Position numbers and translations under genes: made by a program. The notes under the pieces were generated by a model. It ran no database searches. It saw nothing but the letters and a program-made list of their open reading frames with translations, and was not told the origin of the DNA. A stretch of 64,000 bases of DNA from an uncultured Clostridia bacterium (GTDB lineage: Bacteria > Bacillota > Clostridia > Oscillospirales > Acutalibacteraceae): the NCBI GenBank assembly GCA_946407065.1, contig CAMJMQ010000015.1, forward strand, positions 708 to 64,707, given 5' to 3'. The stretch's first letter is position 1. Every line of letters starts with the position of its first letter. This document shows positions 29,877 to 38,160 of the stretch, piece after piece.

Positions 29877-31064
29877 CTATCCAAAGTATTCCTGCATTAA
29901 TGATTTTTTGAGGGTTTCGAGCTTGTCGATACTCTGCTGTACGGTTGCCTTTTGCTCTTCGACTTGTGTGACGAAATCTGCGAATTGATTTTGTAAATCA
30001 ACTGGCGGAACAATTATATTAATTTTTTTTAGCATTGCTATAGACAGATACGCTACCGTTGAACCGGCTTGAAAACTATCAATCTGCTTTTTTATATATC
30101 TTGAATCAAAGAGATATGTAAGAAATAAAGGTGTAATAGCTTTATCGAGATTATATAGCCAACTAATCATTCCATCTTGAAAATAAAACTTGTCGTTAGT
30201 TTTTACAATGTAACACTTTCCCAATGTTCCTCGTGAAGTAATGAGAATATCTCCCGTTGTTGGAACTAAACTCTTTCCTAACAATTCTTCATATTTTTTC
30301 TCTGAAATGAAAAGGTCGTTAGTTAAACAATCTGTTTCAATTAGTTCAACCAAATTTGAAACTCTAACGAATGGTACACCAACAGTTGTTTGTTCACTTT
30401 GATATATTCTTTTACTCGAACTGATCGTACATAAATCACTTAGTAAACAAGAAGGGTAATGGTTACAATTCTGTTCAATATCCCCAAACATCTCAACAAA
30501 TCGGGATTTGATAAGCTCGTCCAGTTTATTTAGAGTTTTTATTTGAAGATTGATAATACTGGTGAGCAAATCAATTCGCTTGGCTATTTCCAATTGCTTT
30601 TCTCTTACTGGTAGTTTTACGATAATTCTTTCTAGGTTCTTTCTACTTATTCTAATTCTAGTAGCACCTGCAAGAAAGCTAGTAATTTGTTTATAATAGC
30701 ACGGAGAGTTTAAAAAGCACAAAAGATAACGCTTATCAACAATTTCATCGTTTATTCTAAGAATACTGCAATCAACTGCGGTAATCATCCTCTCGATTTT
30801 AGGAGGGATTATACAAGCCCGTCCCACAGGATCAGGAAGCCTTGACACAAGTATATCTCCCGGATAGACTTCAGTGCAACCGAGACGAAGCATAGTTTCT
30901 TCACTGATGTACTTAGCTCTTTCTTTCTTTTCCAAATACACACCGTTACCGATGTTCCCGGTTTGTATAAGCCTGATACCTGAATCAGATTGATCTTTGG
31001 ATTCAATCCAATCACCATCAGTAAAAAGTGTACAGCATTCTTTAATTGTGATTTCTTTATTCAC
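29877..31064 (-). CDS. hsdS: Type I restriction-modification specificity subunit
   Basis: GTG start overlaps the hsdM stop. Two target-recognition halves are separated by conserved helices (LPVREKQLEIAKRIDLL / PPVDLQNQFADFVTQVEEQK). AT-rich, unlike hsdM and hsdR. Confidence 0.88.
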   Translation of the reverse strand: MNKEITIKECCTLFTDGDWIESKDQSDSGIRLIQTGNIGNGVYLEKKERAKYISEETMLRLGCTEVYPGDILVSRLPDPVGRACIIPPKIERMITAVDCSILRINDEIVDKRYLLCFLNSPCYYKQITSFLAGATRIRISRKNLERIIVKLPVREKQLEIAKRIDLLTSIINLQIKTLNKLDELIKSRFVEMFGDIEQNCNHYPSCLLSDLCTISSSKRIYQSEQTTVGVPFVRVSNLVELIETDCLTNDLFISEKKYEELLGKSLVPTTGDILITSRGTLGKCYIVKTNDKFYFQDGMISWLYNLDKAITPLFLTYLFDSRYIKKQIDSFQAGSTVAYLSIAMLKKINIIVPPVDLQNQFADFVTQVEEQKATVQQSIDKLETLKKSLMQEYFG

Positions 31065-32559
31065 TCAACATCCCCTCCAATTCTTCCAGCCCTTTAGTAA
31101 TCTCTGCTTCGAGCTGTTTGAGGTCGGCGAGGAGCTCGCTGGTGGGCGGGTATTCGACGGGGATATACTCGACCTTTTTGTACTTGTTGATCGAGAGGTC
31201 ATAGCCGTTTTCGGCGATCTCGCTCTTTTCGACAAAGAAAGATTTTTCGGTGCGTTCGCGGTCGGCTTCTTTCTCTCGATTTTGGAATCGCTCGATGATA
31301 TCGGGAATATCGTTCTCCGCTACCGGTGTGCGCTTGTCGTCAAGGCTCAGACCGTCCGCCTGCATATCGTAGAACCACACCTTGTCCGTGCCGCCGTGTC
31401 CGGTCTTGGTGAAGATCAGGATTCCCGTGCTGACGCCCGCGTAGGGCTTGAACACGCCCGAGGGCATGGAGATCACCGCTTCGAGGCGGTTGTCCTCGAT
31501 CAGCGCTTTGCGGATCGCCTGATGTGCCTTTGACGAGCCGAAGAGTACGCCGTCGGGTACGATGCAGGCGCAGCGGCCGCCCACACGCAGCATCCTGAGA
31601 AACAGCGCGATGAAGAGCAGCTCGGTCTTCTTTGTCTTGCAGACCTTCAAGAGATCAGCCGATACCGAGTCATAGTCCAGACTGCCCTTGAACGGCGGAT
31701 TGGCGAGGATCAGGCTGTACTTACCCTTATCCTGATTCTGATCGCTCAGGCTGTCGCGGTATTCGATATAGGGGCTCTCGATGCCGTGGGTCATCATGTT
31801 CATCGCGCCGATACGCAGCATGGTGCGATCCATGTCGTAGCCGAAGAACATGTGATTCATGAAATGATCCTTCTTTTGCTTGTTGTAGAAGATATCTTCC
31901 TTGCGGTACTTTTTCAGATATTCCGCCGTCGTGATCAAAAAGCCCGAGGTACCGCACGCGGGATCGCAGATCACGTCCTCGGGGGTGGGCTGCATGAGCT
32001 GTACCATCATGCTGATGATATGGCGCGGGGTACGGAACTGACCGTTTAAGCCCGACTGTGAGATCTTGCTGAGCAGATATTCGTAGGTATCGCCGCGGAC
32101 GTCGGCGCTCTGATCCTTGCTCATGAGGTCATAGATCACATCGAGCGAGTCGACGACCTTGGAGAGCACGAGCGGAGTGGGGATCATAAAGATCGCGTCA
32201 TCCATGTATTTGGCATAGGCACTGTTCTTGTCCGTGTGAAGGTTCTTGATGAAAGGGAATACGTCATCCTGCATGACGGAGTACATCCTGCCCGCGGGAA
32301 AGTCATGGAACACCGACCACTTGAGCGTTTTGCCGTTGACCTTACGCCCCGCGATATCCACTTCATCCGCAAAGATGCTCTCGAACGGCAGTCCGAGCAT
32401 AGCGCATTCCTTTGCCTTGGTGTTATCCGCGTCGTCGAGGTCGTGAATAAACATCAGGTAGGTGATCTGCTCGATGACCGTCAGAGGGTTGACGATGCCG
32501 CCCGCCGCGAAGATATCCCATAAGCTGTCGATTTTGTTTTTCAGTTCTCCTGTAATCAT
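31057..32559 (-). CDS. hsdM: Type I restriction-modification N6-adenine DNA methyltransferase subunit
   Basis: HsdM N-domain, AdoMet motif DPACGTSGF, catalytic NPPF (LILANPPFKG). Confidence 0.93.
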   Translation of the reverse strand: MITGELKNKIDSLWDIFAAGGIVNPLTVIEQITYLMFIHDLDDADNTKAKECAMLGLPFESIFADEVDIAGRKVNGKTLKWSVFHDFPAGRMYSVMQDDVFPFIKNLHTDKNSAYAKYMDDAIFMIPTPLVLSKVVDSLDVIYDLMSKDQSADVRGDTYEYLLSKISQSGLNGQFRTPRHIISMMVQLMQPTPEDVICDPACGTSGFLITTAEYLKKYRKEDIFYNKQKKDHFMNHMFFGYDMDRTMLRIGAMNMMTHGIESPYIEYRDSLSDQNQDKGKYSLILANPPFKGSLDYDSVSADLLKVCKTKKTELLFIALFLRMLRVGGRCACIVPDGVLFGSSKAHQAIRKALIEDNRLEAVISMPSGVFKPYAGVSTGILIFTKTGHGGTDKVWFYDMQADGLSLDDKRTPVAENDIPDIIERFQNREKEADRERTEKSFFVEKSEIAENGYDLSINKYKKVEYIPVEYPPTSELLADLKQLEAEITKGLEELEGMLSE

Positions 32560-33617
32560 GCTTCATTCTCCCTGTTCCATGTGTAGGAGGTGTAGCGACC
32601 TCCGCTGATTTTGATGATCTCGCCCTTGCTTTGCAGGTCGGCAAGCGTGCGTTGTACCGTGACCTGACTGATATCGGGGCATTGTTCCATGATCTCAGAT
32701 TTGGTGATTCTGCCGAGGGTGCCTTTGATGATCTCACGGATGCGCTCGGGTTTACTGAGGTTCTTTGCCGACAACACCTCTACGCGTGAAGCAAACTCTC
32801 TGTGTGCCGATACCAGTACACCAAGCATATATTGCACAAACGGGGCATAGTCGTTCCTGCCCTCGTGCCAATTCTCGGAGCTGTACTGCAAGGCTTCATA
32901 GTAGGTATCCTTGCTTTGCTCGATGATCTTCTCGATACTGATATATTTGCCGACGATGTAGCCGCTGCGATAGAGCAAAAGCAGGGTGAGCAGTCGGCTC
33001 ATGCGGCCGTTACCGTCGTTGAACGGGTGAATGCAGAGGAAGTCGAGGATGAACATCGGGATCAGCAGCAGAGGATCGGCGTCGGGATTTTGTAAGGCTT
33101 CATTGTACGCGGCGCAGATAAATTCGATCGCGTCGGGCGTTTCCCATGCCGGTACGGGCTGGAACCGAACAAATCGATTGCCCTGTGCGTCTTCTTCGGC
33201 AATCACATTGTCGGCATTTTTGTAGCTGCCGCCGATGGAACTGCCGCTGTATTTGTAGAGGTCGCGGTGGAGCTGGAGGATCATGCCCGGTCTGAGCGGG
33301 ATATAATCATAGTTTTCGTGGATCGTTGCGAGAACATCGCGGTAGCCGGCGATCTCCTGCTCACTGCGATTGCGGGGATTGGTCTTGTCGAGGACGATCT
33401 TCTTGATTCGATCGTCGGAGGTGTAAATGCCCTCGATCTTATTGGACGCCTCGGTGCTTTGTATCTTGGCGATCTCCAACAGCTGAGTGAGGGTGTCGCT
33501 TTCCGCTTCGATATACAGCTTTTGCTGTCCCTTGTATTCGTGGATCTTCGTCAACATCGATACGATATCGGGCTGCAACAGCGCATGGATCCCCTCCACA
33601 TAATTCGGCTTTTTCAT
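32556..33617 (-). CDS. Fic/DOC family protein with C-terminal winged helix
   Basis: Active-site motif HPFNDGNGRMSR. N-terminal SNKIEG fits the (S/T)xxxE(G/N) inhibitory helix. 4-nt overlap with the hsdM start. Confidence 0.88.
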   Translation of the reverse strand: MKKPNYVEGIHALLQPDIVSMLTKIHEYKGQQKLYIEAESDTLTQLLEIAKIQSTEASNKIEGIYTSDDRIKKIVLDKTNPRNRSEQEIAGYRDVLATIHENYDYIPLRPGMILQLHRDLYKYSGSSIGGSYKNADNVIAEEDAQGNRFVRFQPVPAWETPDAIEFICAAYNEALQNPDADPLLLIPMFILDFLCIHPFNDGNGRMSRLLTLLLLYRSGYIVGKYISIEKIIEQSKDTYYEALQYSSENWHEGRNDYAPFVQYMLGVLVSAHREFASRVEVLSAKNLSKPERIREIIKGTLGRITKSEIMEQCPDISQVTVQRTLADLQSKGEIIKISGGRYTSYTWNRENEA

Positions 33618-33672
33618 ATATCATCAATTCCTTCTGTGAGATAGGTGTATAGACAGATTTTGATACAATTCT

Positions 33673-33701
33673 ATTATAGGATTCAATTATTCCATTGTCA
33701 A
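33673..33701 (-). promoter_or_regulatory. Consensus sigma-A promoter of the fic-hsd operon
   Basis: Minus-strand reading is TTGACA(33696-33701)-17 nt-TATAAT(33673-33678), about 55 nt upstream of the fic start. Confidence 0.65.
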
Positions 33702-33836
33702 TATCAATTTTATCATTTTTGGCAATATGATAAAATTGAATTTGTAATGATATACCAACAACCTCTTTTCGGTTAATATTAAGCAACGGCACAGGGAAAT
33801 CCCTGTGCCGCCGTGCCGATAAGACTATAAATATCC

Positions 33837-34928
33837 TCAAATTATGATAATATCGATGGGTGCATCGCCGATAATACTTTCCAAGATTTCGGCGTCACGC
33901 TGTTTACAAAAGAGAAAGCTCTGCTGACCGTTTTGCTCAGCGTTTCGTATAAACGGTCTGAGCTTCACCGTATTCACATTACCGGTACAGATCCAAGCGG
34001 GGGAATCATCAATGAATCCCGTTCCTATAATATAACGATATCTTCCCCGACTGTCTTTTTCCGACGTATCAATATGGTACCGTTCTATGATCCCGCTCTC
34101 TGTTGATGTATCGTCTTTATACAGATCATAAAATTGACTGAGGAAGACATCCCCCGTTGAAAACACATAAAAATATTGATACCCTGCAGTATTGATTCTT
34201 TCATTATAGTAATTATACCCATCAGCAATTTGAGTCAACGCCCCTCCAACATCTTCACATAAAAGGACTGCCGTATCGACTGTCGCGCTGAAATGACGTT
34301 TTAATGCTTCCGGAACAAGTCTTTCGTGTTTTCCTAAGGAACTGACAACCATATTTGTTTTATAGATTGGGATGATCTTGTTCCTTCCAACGAAAAAGCC
34401 TAATAGTCTACTTCCCTGAAAAGCCGTCGATTCATAACTAATTAAACGTTTGAACTCGAGAGCCTCGTAATAATATACTGTATCGCCATAAACCGCATCT
34501 TCAAAACTCGGTTTTGAAAATATTTCGTATGCAATACCGGCTCTATCGAGAAGTGCAAAAAGACAAGCCTGCTGTCTCTTCCTCCTTCGCCGCTTGATGC
34601 TGTAGTGTCTGTCAGTTTCCTCTTCAACATACACTCGGTACTTCATGTAATGAAGCTCACGGGTGAGTTTCTTGCCTTTAAGTGTCAATATATACCCTGC
34701 TGCGCTGTCTGCACTAATCCTTTGTATAAGGCCGCGTCTGAGCAATCTTGAGATATTCTGACGAAAACAGTCATAGCTGATATTCATATGGAGATATAAT
34801 TTATTAGGGATTTCACCTGCACAAAAGAGGATATTAAGTAGACAGTCTGTTCGACTGAGGTACTTATTATCCTGGCTCTTATCAATTCTGTATTTTGGAT
34901 TATTTGCATACTTTGATACAAAAGTCAT
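33837..34928 (-). CDS. Hypothetical protein with N-terminal winged-helix-like region
   Basis: 363 aa, AT-rich. The N-terminal pattern FRQNISRLLRRGLIQRIS...GYILTLKGKKL resembles MarR-type wHTH. The rest is unrecognised. A hairpin terminator follows at about 33790-33815. Confidence 0.45.
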   Translation of the reverse strand: MTFVSKYANNPKYRIDKSQDNKYLSRTDCLLNILFCAGEIPNKLYLHMNISYDCFRQNISRLLRRGLIQRISADSAAGYILTLKGKKLTRELHYMKYRVYVEEETDRHYSIKRRRRKRQQACLFALLDRAGIAYEIFSKPSFEDAVYGDTVYYYEALEFKRLISYESTAFQGSRLLGFFVGRNKIIPIYKTNMVVSSLGKHERLVPEALKRHFSATVDTAVLLCEDVGGALTQIADGYNYYNERINTAGYQYFYVFSTGDVFLSQFYDLYKDDTSTESGIIERYHIDTSEKDSRGRYRYIIGTGFIDDSPAWICTGNVNTVKLRPFIRNAEQNGQQSFLFCKQRDAEILESIIGDAPIDIIII

Positions 34929-35071
34929 AGCTTAATTCTCCTTACTTACTTTGATTTTTGTGGCAAACTTTTTTGCACTTTTGGGCTTAGTAGTTGATAA
35001 AGGTGCCACAAAAAATCCGGATCGAGCTATTCTCGGCTCGCATTAATACTGATTTTGGATATTAATTACTG

Positions 35072-35135
35072 CTGTCACAAACAAATTTACGTTATTTATC
35101 TGTTTGTGACAGCACCGTTAAATCTGTTTGTGACA
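35072..35135. repeat. Three copies of a 12-nt motif (TGTTTGTGACAG), one inverted and two direct: putative operator
   Basis: CTGTCACAAACA at 35072-35083, CTGTTTGTGACAG at 35100-35112, CTGTTTGTGACA at 35124-35135. They lie between the two AT-rich minus-strand genes. Confidence 0.55.
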
Positions 35136-35137
35136 TC

Positions 35138-35800
35138 CTAATTTGATTTTATCATAGATAAAACCTCAATATCGTGTTCGCTATCAACGATATACACCTC
35201 GGTTTTCATTTCACTAGGGTCATCAATTATTTTCGTATAATACGCCGTATTACATGCAGTTGGCCGATCATCCATCAACAAGGTTCCAAGCAGCCCGTTT
35301 AAAATGGTGCTTGAATCTTTATTGTCGTTGTCAATCATGTAATTGACGTTCTTATTTGAAGAAACAAAAAACACCGTTGCATGTTTAAAAAGTTGAATTC
35401 TATTATTGAGGGCGTATTCACTCACAGCTGAAATAACTGCATTGGTGATCGCGTTGTTTCGCTCAAGATTTCTTTTTCTCTTATTCGGGAGAAGAAAAGG
35501 CATTGAAATCTTGTACACCGGAAAAGAAGGAAACTCTTTCAGTTTTTCAATCGATACGCTTAAGAGATCTGCTTCCATTTGAGAGAGCCGACGAGGAACG
35601 CTGGGTATTCCGGTATAGATCCAAAGCATCAGTGCGCGTGTCGCCATATAGACGGATGATGCTGTTTGCAAAGTTTTTTCCGTCGATTCGATCAGGCTCT
35701 CACAATCACTTTCGCGACAAGATACCGCCAGTGTATCCGAGAGAACTATTAAGTCGAGCGCACCTTTTTTGATGTGCTCTATATTGCCGATAGATGTCAT
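35138..35800 (-). CDS. Protein with C-terminal RusA-like (Holliday junction resolvase) motif
   Basis: Start trimmed to MTSIGNIEH behind GGAGG. DNDNKDSSTILNGLLGTLLMDD has exactly the D-x-D-N-x16-D-D spacing of E. coli RusA ([22 protein letters not shown]). ISMPFLLPNKRK resembles the RusA N-terminus. An extra ~95-aa N-extension is present. Confidence 0.45.
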   Translation of the reverse strand: MTSIGNIEHIKKGALDLIVLSDTLAVSCRESDCESLIESTEKTLQTASSVYMATRALMLWIYTGIPSVPRRLSQMEADLLSVSIEKLKEFPSFPVYKISMPFLLPNKRKRNLERNNAITNAVISAVSEYALNNRIQLFKHATVFFVSSNKNVNYMIDNDNKDSSTILNGLLGTLLMDDRPTACNTAYYTKIIDDPSEMKTEVYIVDSEHDIEVLSMIKSN

Positions 35801-36063
35801 AATAAAGAACCTCCAATATAAAATAAGATGATGGACATGGCGCCCCGCCATGCCGATTTTTGCTTCTGTTGTCTAACGAGCGAATCTTATCGCCGTTGTT
35901 TTACGTGAAGTGCTTCATGTTTCATCACATCCTTTTTGTCAATAGACAAGATATATAAATTGTTATCTGCATTTTTAGTTAAAAATACAGTGGTACCATT
36001 CATTAAAATATGTTATACTATTATTCAACCAATTATATTTTTGTTGAATAAAGGAAGGTGATC

Positions 36064-37434
36064 ATGGTGCCTGAAGAAACGAAAAACAAAAACAGCGCCG
36101 CAAAACTCAGAGCCAACAACAGATATGCAAAAGACAAATATGAAGAGATCAAATTTCGCGTCCGAAGGGGCGAAAAGGACAAGCTCATGCAGTACGCGCG
36201 CGAGCATGATTATTCGCTCAACGCATTTATTTACGACGCAGTATGCCATTACCGTCAATATTTAGATGAAGCCATCTCGGATCAAAACGCTGAGGAGCGA
36301 ATAGTTGATTCCGCCATTGCTGACGCTCCGCTGAGCCTGTCCCTGAATAACGAAAACAGCTACAGTGTTGTCAATCTGTTCGCAGGGATGGGCAGTATGT
36401 CTCTTGCGTTCGCTCAGGCAGGCTTTGACGTTATCCGCGCTTATGAGCAGGATCACGCTGCCTGTGAAATGTTTCGTTCCTTGTTCGGAAGCGAAAGGCT
36501 GACAGAGGGCGATATCCGCAATTGTGATATCGACGATATACCGTCTCCCGATGTGCTGGCGATTGAATTCCCCAAAATTTCTACTGATAGTTTTGCAGAT
36601 ATCCATGACACGGAGTGTTACCTTGAAAGTGTCTTTGGAATCATTCTGAAAATCATCGAAAAGAAGTTCCCTTATATCGTCTATTTTGAGCTTGATGAAG
36701 AAGAACCGATTGAGAACATCAATCTCGCGGACATGTCAAGTGATGATTTATTCATCCAAAGTAATATCAACGGGTTAAAAAAACACTATTATGAGCTATT
36801 CATCGACAAACTGAGAGAGCTTCATTATGAAGTAAAGGTCGATACAACTTACAAGGCAAGCGAGGCGTCTGATCTTTCGCAATCAGGCAAAAGAAGATAT
36901 TTGATCGCAGTCAATGAGGAGGTCGCGTCGCTGTTCTATATGCCTCCGAGCATACCTGTTTTTAAGCCCAAGCCTGCTGTTGAAGTGATCCATCGGGATC
37001 AAAAGCAAAACAAGTTTTACTATTACCGCAACAACATTAGCTTTGACCGCTATGTGATCGGAGCTGTCCAAAGCCGACATATGCTCTACCGTATCCATCT
37101 GAGCAAGGTGTTCGGATGTCCCGACGGCATGTGTCCTGCCTTGAACGCAAGCATGGTCAACAAGCGTAATACTGTAGCGCTGAGGGATGATTTCGGAGTA
37201 AGACAGCTGACGCCGGGCGAGTATCTGATGTTCAAGGGTTGTCCGGAGAGCGTTCGATTCCCGAAGGAACTGAGCCTAGAGGACAGATACCGATTAGCAG
37301 GAAGCTGCGTCAACGTGCCCATCACGGAAAACTACGCGCAGTCGATCAAGAGCTTTCTTGACTTGGATACCCGTGAGCCGATGATAAAAATGGCAGAGCA
37401 CATGAGTTTTTTCCAAAAGAAGCAAGAAGAATAA
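36064..37434 (+). CDS. C5 cytosine methyltransferase homolog lacking the catalytic Pro-Cys motif, with an N-terminal RHH-like extension
   Basis: Motif I LFAGMGS, motif II AYEQD, motif VIII QSGKRRYLIAV and motif IX/X RQLTPGEYLMFKGCP...GSCVNVPI are present. The position of GGPPCQxFS reads AIEFPKISTDSF (no Cys), and ENV reads ELD. Confidence 0.65.
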   Translation: MVPEETKNKNSAAKLRANNRYAKDKYEEIKFRVRRGEKDKLMQYAREHDYSLNAFIYDAVCHYRQYLDEAISDQNAEERIVDSAIADAPLSLSLNNENSYSVVNLFAGMGSMSLAFAQAGFDVIRAYEQDHAACEMFRSLFGSERLTEGDIRNCDIDDIPSPDVLAIEFPKISTDSFADIHDTECYLESVFGIILKIIEKKFPYIVYFELDEEEPIENINLADMSSDDLFIQSNINGLKKHYYELFIDKLRELHYEVKVDTTYKASEASDLSQSGKRRYLIAVNEEVASLFYMPPSIPVFKPKPAVEVIHRDQKQNKFYYYRNNISFDRYVIGAVQSRHMLYRIHLSKVFGCPDGMCPALNASMVNKRNTVALRDDFGVRQLTPGEYLMFKGCPESVRFPKELSLEDRYRLAGSCVNVPITENYAQSIKSFLDLDTREPMIKMAEHMSFFQKKQEE

Positions 37435-37494
37435 GATATGCAATGAAACTGTCAATGACAAACACGATTTGAGTATTGTAAGGAGAATAAATAG

Positions 37495-37719
37495 ATGGAA
37501 ATCGCAAAAGTATTTCAATACGCCAACTGTCAAGCGGTCAATCTGCCTGACAGATACAAATTCACTTGTGATGAGGTTGCTGTACAGCAATTAGGCTCTT
37601 CGCTGATACTGACTCCAAAGGACAAAGCCCATAACAGTCTTTTATTTGGCGAAGCGCGCAGAACAAAGGATAATAAGCACATCTCAGATTCAACTATATT
37701 GAAGCCGGAAAGGGGATAA
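37495..37719 (+). CDS. AbrB/SpoVT-fold VapB-like antitoxin (no toxin partner)
   Basis: MEIAKVFQYANCQAVNLPDRYKFTCDEVAVQQLGSSLILTP matches the swapped-hairpin antitoxin N-domain. The following gene is not a PIN or other toxin. Confidence 0.6.
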   Translation: MEIAKVFQYANCQAVNLPDRYKFTCDEVAVQQLGSSLILTPKDKAHNSLLFGEARRTKDNKHISDSTILKPERG

Positions 37720-37726
37720 AGAATAC

Positions 37727-38089
37727 ATGACAATAAAAGAGCAGGCATACGCCATCATCGATGGTTTCACTGAAACACAGCTCCGGGGCTTTATCGATTT
37801 ATTTAGCAAGTACCAACCCGAATCCCATACTCCGGTTTATCATGTTGTTGCGGTCGTACCGCATGAAGATTATACTTTGACGGTAACTTTCCGTGACGGT
37901 GACAAAAAGCTATATGATATGCGCCCTTTGATAGACGGCGAAAGAGCATTTAAACCTTACGCCCCTTTGATAGATATCAATCTATTCATGAAGGCACATG
38001 TCTGCGGATCTGTAGCTTGGAGCGACAAAATCGATATCGCTCCCGAGGAGCTGTATGAAAACGGTATTGACATAACGGAAAAGCCGTGA
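37727..38089 (+). CDS. DUF2442-like protein
   Basis: C-terminal half YTLTVTFRDGDKKLYDMRPLI ... VAWSDKIDIAPEELY fits the DUF2442 pattern. Confidence 0.5.
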   Translation: MTIKEQAYAIIDGFTETQLRGFIDLFSKYQPESHTPVYHVVAVVPHEDYTLTVTFRDGDKKLYDMRPLIDGERAFKPYAPLIDINLFMKAHVCGSVAWSDKIDIAPEELYENGIDITEKP

Positions 38090-38160
38090 AGAATTGAGAG
38101 AATCATTTTTAATAGTAATAAACAAAATGGTGGATATAACAGAAAGGATTAAAGAGTAAA

